Of a stretch of 64,000 nt of DNA, positions 36,858-48,107 are shown piece after piece. Origin of the DNA: Narcine bancroftii. Its lineage: Eukaryota. Under the pieces are notes generated by a model. The model saw only the letters and a program-made list of their open reading frames with translations, did not search any database and was not told where the DNA came from. The translations under genes were made by a program, and so were the position numbers. Every line of letters starts with the position of its first letter. The first letter of the stretch is position 1. The DNA lies in assembly GCF_036971445.1 (NCBI RefSeq), contig NC_091472.1, forward strand, positions 239,940,001-240,004,000, read 5' to 3'.

Positions 36858-39530
36858 ATGGGAAAGGTAAGGCTGACAATCAAAACCATCATATTTTATT
36901 TAATAATTCATTGGAAAAGAGGTAAAAAAAATCCCATTGTTTTCTTTCTTTCCACAGATCATCTTCTACGAGGACAGGAACTTTCAGGGCCGGCACCATG
37001 AGTGCAGCTCTGACTGCGCCGACCTGTCCCCTTACTTCAGCCGCTGTAACTCCATCCGAGTGGAGAGTGACTGGTGGGTGCTGTACGAGAGGCCCAACTA
37101 CGCGGGGTACCAGTATGTCCTGAGCAGGGGCGAGTATCCTGACTACCAGCGCTGGATGGGGTTCAACGACTGCGTCAAGTCCTGCCGCAGCTTCCCGCAG
37201 GTGAATCACTTTTTATAGTTTGCTTATTTTATCCAAATCAAGTAGAAAATCACCGTGCACTTGATTTAATCGGATCATCAGTGGAAGAGCTTCAGTTTAT
37301 TTAATGTGTACTTAGAACTTGGTGAAAAATCTAAATAATTTTACATTTGTAATATTTAAATAATGTTATTTATGCAGTAATTATACACTTAACAAGCTTT
37401 ATTCCATGGGCAAGGTTATACAAACCTGCATAAAGTGCATGCCAGCCCTAAGTTTAAGCAATATACCGATAAATTTCCTCACATTAAGTGATTTCTGTGG
37501 AAAAGGATCATCAACACAAAAATTTAAACTTCCTGTAAGATATTTCATTATTGAAGCCAATAGATCCAGCTGTTCTAAAATATAGTACAAATATATGATA
37601 GAAAACCATTTTACTGATCAAAAAATGAACTGGAAATTAAGAACCAAAATATGCCACTTACTTGTCACCCAGATAGATGTAGCAGTCTTGAATTTTTTGT
37701 TCTAGACGTGACACTATTTTGCTGCAGTGAACCACAAAATTCAGCAGATGCTGTGATTGTAGTAAAAACACAGAAATGTTGGAGGGACTCAGCAGGTCCT
37801 GCAGCATCCATAGGAAGTAAATATACACAACCTTGAAGAAGAGCTCAGCCCAGATTAATCGGTTGTGCATCTTTAGCCCTTTTCAAACTTGCGTCCCAAT
37901 AAATCAGCCATTCAGTGTCTCGGTTAGGAATGGCATTTTTGCTGTTTACACTTGGCCACTCTTAATCGGGACATTGCACGCTTTCATACTCACTTCGAGC
38001 AATCTCTGCAGATAGGACCGTTCTACCTTCTACCCCTGACATCATGACACGTCGAGCAATGGTGAACCAGCCCTAAATCCTATTATGATCTTGTATTTGA
38101 ACAAAATTAATTATGCCTAATTATAACAATTAAGCTTTATGTACATCTCAGTCCTTCAGTCCCTGTTGATGTTGTGCCAACTGACATAAACTATTATAAG
38201 GGACAATTTTTAAACAGCATGGGAAAGTTGGTAGCGCTATCATGCACAATTTATAAAGACCATGGGAAAAAGTGATGGCGGACTTGCCCTCCCTCCCAGA
38301 ATTTTGTGTGGCAGAGAAAGGGCTGTATGCACGCAGCACTCTCTCTCTCTCCTGTTGCAAATTTCCCACGGCAAAGTTTATACCTTCATTTTAATCTTTT
38401 ATTTCCTTCACGTTCCTGCACTCATGCAAAAACAGGTCCTTTCTGTCTGAGAATGCAATTCTCATTTTCACACTTGGTTAATCTGCATATGCCAAGGATT
38501 GCAGTAGGGGTCAAGGCAGTTTATCCCTGGCTTGAAATGACTTCATTTCACGCCGGAATTCAGAGTAATTTGGCTTCACACTTGACTCTTATCCAAACAA
38601 TTGGCCATTAATTCCTGAGATAAGATGCAAGTTTGAAAGGGTGCCGCAAGTCCTGCTGAGTTCCTCCAGCTTTTCTGTGTTTTTACTATTTTGTTGCAGC
38701 TCTGCTCGTTGTGGCAAGCAATGAGGTTTTTCCTTTTATTTTTATTGATTTACTTTATTATCATTTTTCTGCTTGGTTACTGAGAGGTTGACACTTACGA
38801 GTTTTCTCAACTCTAAGAATGGACCCNNNNNNNNNNNNNNNNNNNNNNNNNNNNNNNNNNNNNNNNNNNNNNNNNNNNNNNNNNNNNNNNNNNNNNNNNN
38901 NNNNNNNNNNNNNNNNNNNNNNNNNNNNNNNNNNNNNNNNNNNNNNNNNNNNNNNNNNNNNNNNNNNNNNNNNNNNNNNNNNNNNNNNNNNNNNNNGATG
39001 AATAAATATTTCAATAAACATCTAAAAGTTACATTGTAGTTGTGGTTCCAAAGCTTTACCAGCCATCCAACCAGAAATGGTCCACTGGCTTCAGTTGGTA
39101 GAAGGTTAGTTGCTTTAGTAGAGCTAACTAGTTAGTGTTTAGTTCCGAAACATTATCTGAACCCTCCTGTGAGTTCTTGTCTCACCAGAAGTCTATCTTT
39201 CAGACACTAAACATTGTTAGCACCATCGCAATTAAAACCTTTTGTCTATTCCAGTACCGAGGAGGGTCCTACAGGATGAAGATTTACGAGAGGCCTGACT
39301 TTGGAGGGCAGATGATGGAATTCATGGACGACTGTCCTTCCGTCTACGATCGTTTCCGTTACCGTGACATCCACTCCTGCCAGGTGATAGATGGGTACTG
39401 GATCTTCTATGAACAGCCCAACTACAGAGGCCGTCAGTACTTTCTGAGACCTGGTGAATACAGGAGATACAGCGACTGGGGTGGCTACAACTCCACCATC
39501 GGGTCCTTCAGGCGCATGAGGGACTTCTAA
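36858..39530 (+). CDS. cryg: gamma-crystallin (shark gamma-S1-like), 175 aa; exons 36858-36866, 36958-37200, 39255-39530
   Basis: All exons are open with GT-AG introns and AATAAA at 39578. Intron 2 contains an assembly gap, so pairing exon 2 with exon 3 is assumed. Confidence 0.88.
38827..38996. other. assembly gap (170 N)
   Basis: Run of N. Confidence 1.
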
Positions 39531-40802
39531 TTCTTTTCTGCAAACTACATTACATCATAATGAAATTTCCTTAACATAATAAAATGTGCAAGTTTTGAAA
39601 CTGGTTTATTTTGCATTGTGTTTTTGTGACTTTTCAATTTATTTACATTTCATGATCTTAAGATGAATTAAAACGTGAGGAAAAAACCCCAGCAGAAATT
39701 ACATATCATTGCAACAGTGCTGATCCATTCAGAATTACTCACTTGGGTAAACAGAGAAACACAAACCCTGAAGATGCTGGAATTTTGAGCAATGCATTGT
39801 TGGACAACCTCAACAGGTCAGACAGCATCAGAAATGGTCAGTCACTGTTTCGGGACTAGACCCTTTATCTAAACTAGAGAGAAGGGGGTAATATTACTTA
39901 TGGAATGGGGGAACAAAGCAGGGAGGGGCCTAGAGGTGATAGGGCAGAAGGTGTGAGAGGTGGAGTCTGTAGTAGAGGAAGCGACTGTTAGGAGAGGGTG
40001 GAGGAGAAAAAACATTAGAGAAGAAAAAATATGTATAGCAATAGGGAAAGAAGTGATAGAGAGAGTGGAATCAGATTGCAGTTGGGGTTGCCTAAAATTA
40101 GAAAGATCAATGTTCCTGTCATTAGGTTTAAGGCTGACAAGGAGGAACATGATGTGTAGTTCCTCAAGTTTACATTTGGGCTCCCCTGATCATGGATGAG
40201 ACCAAGGACACTGTAGGGAATAGTTGGGATGAGTTGGAATGCTTGGCCGCAGGAAGCTCTAGTTTATACCCACATGCAGATGATGGTGTTTGACGAAACG
40301 GTCACCCAGTTGGTATAGTCTCACCGATGTAGAGGAGGCCACACTGAGTACACCAAATGTAGTAGATCATGTTGGACGATGTCATGTAAAACTCTAGCTC
40401 ACAGGGAAGGTCAGTGTTGTGACCCTGGATGCAGACGAAGGGGGAGATGTAGGGACTGATTGAACACTTTCTGCTGTTGCAGTGGGAAGTGCCCAAGGGG
40501 GGTGGAAGGGTGGGTGGGGAGGAAAGAGCAGACTTAAGAGTTTTGAAGACATTTATCCTGGTGAAAAGTGGATAAGGATGGGGAGGGGCATATGTGGTTG
40601 GTGGTGGGATCATACTAAAGTTGAAGGAAGTGTTGAATAAGGAGGGTGTGGAGTGGAAAATGAGGACCATAGGGATTCTGTCCTTGTTCTATGTGGATGG
40701 GGTAAGGGCATAAGTACGAGAAATGAAGGAGATATGGACGTGAGTTTTATCAATAATAGTAAGGGAGAATCCATGTTAATTGAGGACGTCCTAGAGTGGA
40801 AG

Positions 40803-41267
40803 CAGGGGTAGATCTACGGTACGGCAGGCATGGCACACGCCCTGGATGCCACTTAAAGGGTGGTCATCGCTTGAAGCAGGGGGGGGGTCACTTGAAGGGG
40901 GGCGGTACTGAGCCAGCACCACCCCTTGTCAGTGCCACCACCCCCCCAGTTAGCACCACTACCCCACCAGTCAGCACCATCACCCCTCCCTTCAGTGCCG
41001 CAATCCCCCAATCAGCACCACCACTCTTCCCTTCAGTGCCACCACCCCCCCATCAGTGCCACCAACCCCCAATCAGCGCCGCCACCACCCCCACACCCCC
41101 TGGTCATCCTTCCTCGTCCTCCTTCTCGTCCTCTAATTCGCTGTCAATTGTACAACTCCAAGTACAACACGGTGGCCACCAAGGCCAGCTCTGGCGAGAC
41201 CTTGTTGTCACCGTTTATTTTGACGCATTGGCCACCAGAGGCACTATTTTGCATAGGTACACCCCTG
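40803..41267. mobile_element. non-autonomous hAT element with internal C-rich minisatellite
   Basis: TIRs CAGGGGT...ACCCCTG with perfect 8-bp TSD AGTGGAAG (40795-40802, 41268-41275). ~20-bp tcagtgccaccacccccc repeats at ~40910-41100. Confidence 0.85.
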
Positions 41268-42397
41268 AGTGGAAGGTCTTTTCTGGGGAACAGATGTAAT
41301 GGAGGTGGAAAATTTGTGAGAAAGGGACAGCACCCTTACAAAGAGACAGGATGGGAGGAGGTGTAATTCAGGTGGCTGTGACTGTGAGTGTCAGTAACTT
41401 TGTAGTAGACATCTGTCGATCGTATGTGCCCTGAAATGGAGTCAGATAAGGTAAAGAGAGAGGCGTCAGAAACCATCAAGTAAATTTAAGGTTATGGTTC
41501 AAGTTTGTGGTGAAGTTGTCAAGTTCTGCACTGATAAAGCATGCTGTTGTTGATGTAGCAGAGGAAGAGCTGGGGAGTGGTACCTGAGTACAATTGGGAC
41601 AGTGATTGTTCCACAAACCTGACAACAAGGCAGGTGTAGCTGAGACCCAGACATGTTTCCATAGCTACACCTGGGATCTGGAAGAAATGTGACAAGTAGT
41701 TGAGGGTGAGGACAAGTTCCACCAGGCAGAGGAGAGCATTAGTTGATGGGCACTGAATGGCTCTGCATTCAAGAAAGAAATGGAAGTTCCTGAGGCATTC
41801 CCAATGGGAATGGATGTGTAAAGGGATAATACACCCATGTTGAACAGAGGCAATGATGGAGAACTGGAAATCTTCAGAGGTCTAGAGAGTGAGTGGTGTC
41901 CAGGATGTAGGTGGGAAGGGACTGGATAAGGGGGACAACATGATGTCGAGATATGAGAAAGTAAGTTCGGTAGAGCAGGACCAGGCGAAAACAATAGGGC
42001 AGGCATAGCAGTTCTGTTTGTGGGTTAGGGGTAGGAGATAGAAATGAGTGATGTGTGGTTGGGGAGCTGTCAGGTTGGAGGCAGTAGCAGGGAGATCCCC
42101 TGAAGCGGAGGTATATGATAGACTAAGAGATGATATCCTGATGATGGTCAGTGGGGTCTTGATCTTGGGGTAAACAAGAGAAGGTGTTCAAGAACTGGTA
42201 TCTGACCTCAGCAGTGTAGTGTTCATAACACCAGACTACAACCGCAGCTCCCTTATATAACCACATCCATACTCCCTTCTTTAACTCCTGTTATGAGCCC
42301 AGAGGACCCCAAAACCCAGCAGCAACAGAAATTCATCAAGACAAATGGTTGCTTTTAATCACCTTTTAACATGAAAACAGGATCAAACTTTAACTTA

Positions 42398-42569
42398 TTC
42401 TTCTTTGGCTTGGCTTCGCGGACGAAGATTTATGGAGGGGGTAAATGTCCACGTCAGCTGCAGGCTCGTTTGTGGCTGACAAGTCCGATGCGGGACAGGC
42501 AGACACGGTTGCAGCGGTTGCAGGGGAAAATTGGTTGGTTGGGGTTGGGTGTTGGGTTTTTCCTCCTTT
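42398..42569 (-). mobile_element. 3' stub of the young RTE family
   Basis: Reverse complement of ~2109-2280, almost identical, inserted in LTR copy A. Confidence 0.9.
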
Positions 42570-43259
42570 ACTATTAACTTAACTCCTTCTAATTCTAAGT
42601 GCTTGTGCATTTAATATGTTAATAAGTTCAGAAAAGTTCTTTGATTTTTTCACGTTTGCAGCCATTTCAATCCTTCACTATTCCAAAATCTGTAGATACT
42701 ATTTTTAACCACTTTTACAAGTTTTAAAATCAGGTATTTAGATATCTAACTGGGGGAAGGTGGAACCACATGTCTTCCCTCTATGCCATCTTACCACTGG
42801 TTGCAGGCATTTCTTATATTGTGCACAGAATTTAACATTTATGAATTTCACCAAGCTTTGGTGCTTGAAAGGTAATTGGTTCCTGCTCAGGAAGATTCTT
42901 GTTGGTTTTCAGAAAGAGATTTTTTGCTTTTTGGACACCTACAACTGATCCCTTTCGATCAGCCACTTCAGTGTCTTGCTGAAGAAACGTGCCCTATCAA
43001 GGTTTTCCAGATGATAACCTCTTCTTCTGCAGGACACTGCAGAGTTCCTTTTCTGTTTCCCTTATTTCAAGTGAAACATTATGCAGCCAGTCTTTTTCTC
43101 TTGTATGGACCACAAAGGCGTTGACCAGGCTGACCTTAGAACTCACAATCCGTCTTCAAAATGTTTTTTTTCCACAAACTTGCCAGCTTGTCCTGTTCCA
43201 GTCCCAGCTGCTGCTGCTGAACTGTAGAACTGAATTCTTTCTTGCTCTCTCTCTCGCTT

Positions 43260-43260
<1 letters not shown>

Positions 43261-43311
<51 letters not shown>
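43261..43311. repeat. (CT)n microsatellite
   Basis: About 25 CT units. Confidence 0.95.
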
Positions 43312-43313
<2 letters not shown>

Positions 43314-44404
43314 AGAAAAACCACATGACCCTCTCTCTGCACTCAGACTGCAGCACCAGACCCAATTTTCGGAGTTGTTCATCTGTTGCTTTCCAAAACA
43401 ATAATCCATTACTCCATAGCATGTCCCATTAACACCTACCTGTGAAGTCCTTATAGGCATTCTTCAAAGTTTTTGCAAAGGCACTCGAAGCCTGGACTGT
43501 CTGGCTTGAACAGAGCTCTGGCATTTTAAATGAGGTCTGTTTTAAAGGGTTTGTATGTGACCTACACTAAAAAACCTGCCACAATTTATCTCCTTTTAAA
43601 ACATATCTATATACTTTATAAAATATACCATAATCTGTCACACTACAACCGTACCACCCTTATCTACAAATTTGATGAAGATATTGGATTGGTGCAGAGT
43701 GTATAGGAGCTGCATGTTCAGGAGGTTATCGAGGTTAATCCCACATCAATAATTGAGGATGATAAGCTCAGAGCATGTAAATTACTGGAGGATGGTGTCC
43801 AAGAGAAGGAAGACTGGGGCGACAGGTAAAAGGGGGTGGGGATGGGATTCTTCAAAGAAATAGGCCTGAAGGAGGAAGTGGCAGATGAAGCATCCAGTAT
43901 CATGGCGAGCACAGAATTCCTTGAAGTGTGGATTTAGAGGTACAAAGGCATTGGAGAGGGGAAGGTGAGAAAGAATGGTAAAGATGCAGAAGTTGGAGCC
44001 AGGAACAGGTGTGTGGTCAAAGGGTGGTGGAGGGATGGGTAAGGTCTCCAGAGGGCTAGTGGTAGGAGGTTGGGGGAAGAAGAAGGAAGGGAGGGCAAAG
44101 AAGAGGAAGGGGGAGGTGTGGGTGACTGCTGGCCATTAATTAATTTTGCATTTTAATTTTTTATGTTCAGAGACGCAGCATGGTAACAGGCCCTTCCAGC
44201 CCACGAACCTGCTCAGCCCAAATACATCAATGAACCTACAAACCCCAGATCCAGCTCCACCAGGCTGAGGAACAGCTTCTTCCCATGGACAGGACAATGC
44301 TGAATGACCAAAGGAATTGCTCATACTAACTATCTGAGACTGTATGTACAAATATTTATCCTGAATATTGTTTGTCTTGTCATGTGTCTGCATGATTAGA
44401 TTGA

Positions 44405-45359
44405 GTTTAAATTGTATATAGATAAGTTTTTGGGAGATAAATTGGGGCAGGTTTTTTAGTCTAGATTGCATACAAACACTTCAAAACAGATCTTATTTAA
44501 CATACTGGAGCTCTGCTCAAGCCAGACAGGGTGGCTCCTGGGGGCCTTTGTAAAAACTTTAGGGAATGCCCAAGAGATTTCACTAATGGATTGTTGTTTT
44601 GAAAAGCAATAGATGAAAGAGATTGGAGGAGTAGTTCAGAGCCACAGGGTGTATGGGAGTGGAGCTTGCTGTTCTAAGAGGGTCACGTGGTTTTGCAAGC
44701 AAAGAGAGTTGAACAGTTTTTTTTCTCTGAGAGAGAGACAGAGACAGAGAGAGATCAGTTCTGCAATTTTACAGTCAGCAGCAGCAGGGACTGGAACAGG
44801 ACAAGCTGGAAAGCTTGTGAAAAAACCCCATTTGGAAGATGGGTTGTGAGTGCTTAGTTCAGCCTTGTCAAAGCCCTTGTGGTTCATACAAGAGGAGAGG
44901 ACTGGCTGCCTAATGTTTCTCTTGAAATAAGTGAAAAAAAAGGAACTCTGTGATGACCTGAAAGAAAGAAGTTATCATCTATAGAACCCTGAGGGGACAA
45001 GTTTCTTCGACAAGACACTGACATGGCTGATTACAAGGAATCAGATTGTATCCAGGAACAAAAAATCTCTCTTTGAAAACTGGCAAGAATCTTCCTGAGC
45101 GGTATGAATTGCCTGCAACCAGTAAACTTGGAGGAACTTGGACTGTGAATCAAAGAACTTTTCTAAATTTACACACACATTACATACATGTGCACTTAGA
45201 ATTAGAAAGGAGTTAATTTAGGTTAGTTAATAGTGATAAGATAAAGTTTGATCCTGTTTTCATGTTTAAGATAATTAAAAGCATCTTTTGTTTAAGTAAC
45301 CATTTGTCATGGTGAATATCTATTGCTGCTGGGGTTTGGGGTCCTCTGGGCTTGTAACA
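44405..45359 (+). mobile_element. solo LTR-like element (copy B), inverted relative to copy A
   Basis: Ends ggggtcctctgggcttgtaaca, the reverse complement of the start of A. Shares gcagcagcagggactggaacaggacaagctgg. Confidence 0.7.
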
Positions 45360-45896
45360 CTTGTCAGAACTACCCCTTAATGTTATCTTGCAAAGCAGTT
45401 TGGTTTATGTTACGGCAATCTAACCATGACACCAGGTCAATTAGTCAAGGTGATCCAAGGCGTATTAGGATCTCCTAATGGATTATTTGGGGAAAAATAA
45501 ATTGTTAATTGATGAATTCCTTCATCAAGACTTGGGGTAAGAAAACTTTTATTAAAGTTGACATGCCTTTAAAGTACCTCAGCAAACTGGAGGCACAAGA
45601 GAGCCCAGATGCTGGAAAGCCCTGATAAAGGGACTTGACACAAGATATTGATAATTTTGTTCCCCCCTCCAAAAAATGATGCTGTTTGTCCCATGAGTTC
45701 CCCCAGCAGGTCAATTTTTGCCTCAGATTTCAGCATATTAAGTCTCCTCTTTGGCTAATTAAAAAGATTATTTTAACCATTTTTCAAGGAAATTTTTATA
45801 TAAGACAATGACCAAAAAAAGGATTAAGAGGAAAGCATTTTATTTTTTTTTTCAGGAATATTTCAACATGGCGAAGTCATTCTTTTCACTGACAAT

Positions 45897-47406
45897 TTAG
45901 AAGTCCCTCATGCGCCTGAAGGACCCGATGGTGGAGTTGTAGCCGCCCCAGTCACTGTATCTCCTGTATTCCCCAGGTCTCAGGAAGTACTGACGGCCTC
46001 TGTAGTTGGGCTGTTCATAGAAGATCCAGTAACCATCTGTCACCCGGCAGGAGTGGATGTCACGGTTACGGAAACGATCGTAGACGGAGGGACTGTCATC
46101 CATGAATTCCATCATCTGCCCTCCAAAGTCAGGTCTTTCGTAAATCCTCATCCTGTAGGAGCCCCCTCGGTACTGGAATGTGGAAATTATTACATTTATA
46201 ATTCAAGTATACATATTTTACATACAAATTGATGAAAGAACAGGCCATTTTTTTAAGAGATGATTTTGGAAATGTGAAGTTAACTTTTCAAACAGCTTTT
46301 AAACCTGCCGACTGCATGAAATGAATGAACTAGTGCACAGTAATCACGGTTCAGACAGGTTAGATTTCTTTGTTCCTGATTGATTACAAATATGCAAAAC
46401 AGTCTGAATAAAGCTCGTTAATTTGTCTTTTCAAATAGAAATGCCTCAAGTTAGTTTAATTTAATTAAATAACTGTAGTGAATAAGGCCATAAGATTGAA
46501 GCGGTGTGTCTCTGATGCCACTGTGTGCGTCAATAACCACACCAGCAGTGCGAGTATAAGACAGCTTTAATAAACTAATATGTACACTAAGAGGTCTTGT
46601 CGCTCTGCAAGACGAACCTGGAAGGCAAGACTGTAGCTCTGGACAGCTTTACATACAAGGTCACTGGGCTGACCCCTAGTGACCTAGTGGTGTAATGACA
46701 TATCACCACAGTGTCTGTGAGCAATTTTGCCAAATTATATTTTCGTTCAGCAACATGGTCCTCTTGCAATTTATTGTTCCTGTACCATTATTTGATTTTC
46801 AATGTGAACAACTTAATGACCCAATTAAAACTAAACCATATTTTAAATGTTTGGTAAAAATATTGAATTAGATCATTATCTTTTAAAAATAATGCAATGT
46901 AATGAGATTTAAAAATCAAATTGAACAATTGATGTGCAAAAAATAAGTAATCTCACAAGGTTGTACAGGAACAATGAAAAGGAAATTCCATGTTACCTAT
47001 GAAAAACATCTACTGGCACTAATGAGACTGCTTTCAGCAGAAACGCCAAAGCATCAAACCATCACTTACGTGCGGGAAACTGCGACAGGACCTGACGCAG
47101 TCATTGAACCCCATCCAGCGCTGGTAGTCAGGATACTCGCCCCTGCTCAGGACATACTGGTACCCCGCGTAGTTGGGCCTCTCGTACAGCACCCACCAGT
47201 CACTCTCCACACGGATGGAGTTACAGCGGCTGAAGTAAGGGGACAGGTCGGCGCAGTCGGAGCTGCACTCGTGGTGCCGGCCCTGGAAGTTCCTGTCCTC
47301 GTAGAAGATGATCTGTGGGAAGATAAAAAGATGTTCAGACATTAAGCTGATTAATGAAGAATTCCACCACATGGTACAAAGTCTGAGTTGGACTTGCCTT
47401 TCCCAT
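45897..47406 (-). CDS. cryg: gamma-crystallin (shark gamma-S1-like), 175 aa; exons 47406-47398, 47312-47070, 46172-45897
   Basis: Open exons. Intron 1 is GC-AG (AAG|GCAAGT) and intron 2 is GT-AG. TATAAATA at 47471-47464, AATAAA at 45844-45839. Confidence 0.93.
46511..46710. mobile_element. solo LTR (200 bp) in intron 2
   Basis: Ends CACCACA and starts TCTGATG (degenerate terminal IR). 5-bp TSD GTGTC (46506-46510, 46711-46715). Internal AATAAA. Confidence 0.65.
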
Positions 47407-47463
47407 TTTGAATTCAGTTAGCTTGGCCACAGACTGAATGTAGCACTGTCTCACGCAGCTTGG

Positions 47464-47545
47464 TATTTATAGGCTGGGCAAACTAGGCTTCATGGGGCTG
47501 AACTTCATTATTGTAATGATTCAGGTTTAAATATCAGCAAAAAAA
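47464..47545 (-). promoter_or_regulatory. crystallin promoter: TATAAATA and T-rich TGCTGA half-MARE (47539-47534)
   Basis: Same spacing as in the 19.7-kb promoter. Confidence 0.6.
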
Positions 47546-47781
47546 GGGACATGAAAATGCATTTCACATGCATTGCCTGTCATTGATTCTTTTCAGTTTG
47601 CTATCAATTCATTGTAATTGTATGTAAAAGACAAGAATGCAGCCTTTTATTTCCATTGGACAAAAAAATTGTAAAGAAAGCATTAAAACAGTATGCCCGT
47701 TGCTTTCTAGAAAAAGTATCTTTGCAAATATATTTCCAGCTTTTTGAATCTGTACTGTTGCCTATTGTTGCCAATTAAGAA

Positions 47782-48107
47782 AGGGGGAGATTCAAACTAG
47801 AGGACATGGTTTAAGATTGAAGGGGGAAAATTATAAGGGGAACATGAGGGGAAATTTCTTTACGCAGAGGGTAGTGGGGATGTGGAATGAGCTTCCGGCA
47901 GACGTGGTCGAGGAGGGATCATTGGTTACGTTTAAGGAAAGACTGGATCGTTACATGGATAGGAGGGGACTAGAGGGGTATGGACCGGGTGCTGGTCAGT
48001 GGGACTAGGAGGGTGGGGATTTGCTACGGCATGGACTAGTAGGGCCGAACTGGCCTGTTCTGTGCTGTAAATGGTTATATGGTTACATGGTTATATGGTT
48101 ATATGGT
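47782..48107 (+). mobile_element. CR1 LINE 3' end with (ATGGTTAT)n tail
   Basis: RGNFFTQRVVGMWNELP and an octamer-repeat tail. Confidence 0.85.

Larger units (their letters stand above)
42289..43642 (-). mobile_element. solo LTR-like element (copy A) containing (CT)n and an RTE stub
   Basis: TGTTA...TCACA termini. Homologous in reverse orientation to ~44405-45359. Confidence 0.7.
39760..44130 (-). mobile_element. Penelope-like element (RT + GIY-YIG), decayed, with nested insertions
   Basis: SSNMIYYIWCTQCGLLYIGET (GIY-YIG, ORF 40302-40670). GVAMETCLGLSYTCL and LFNMGVLSLYTSIP resemble PLE RT motifs. Related remnants at ~21100-21670, ~55120-55650 and ~62540-62930. Confidence 0.8.

Noticed and set aside
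38742-39039. ORFs spanning N run
   Set aside because: Artefacts of the assembly gap.
40796-41366. Proline-rich 146-167 aa ORFs
   Set aside because: Translation of a C-rich minisatellite inside a hAT element with TSD.
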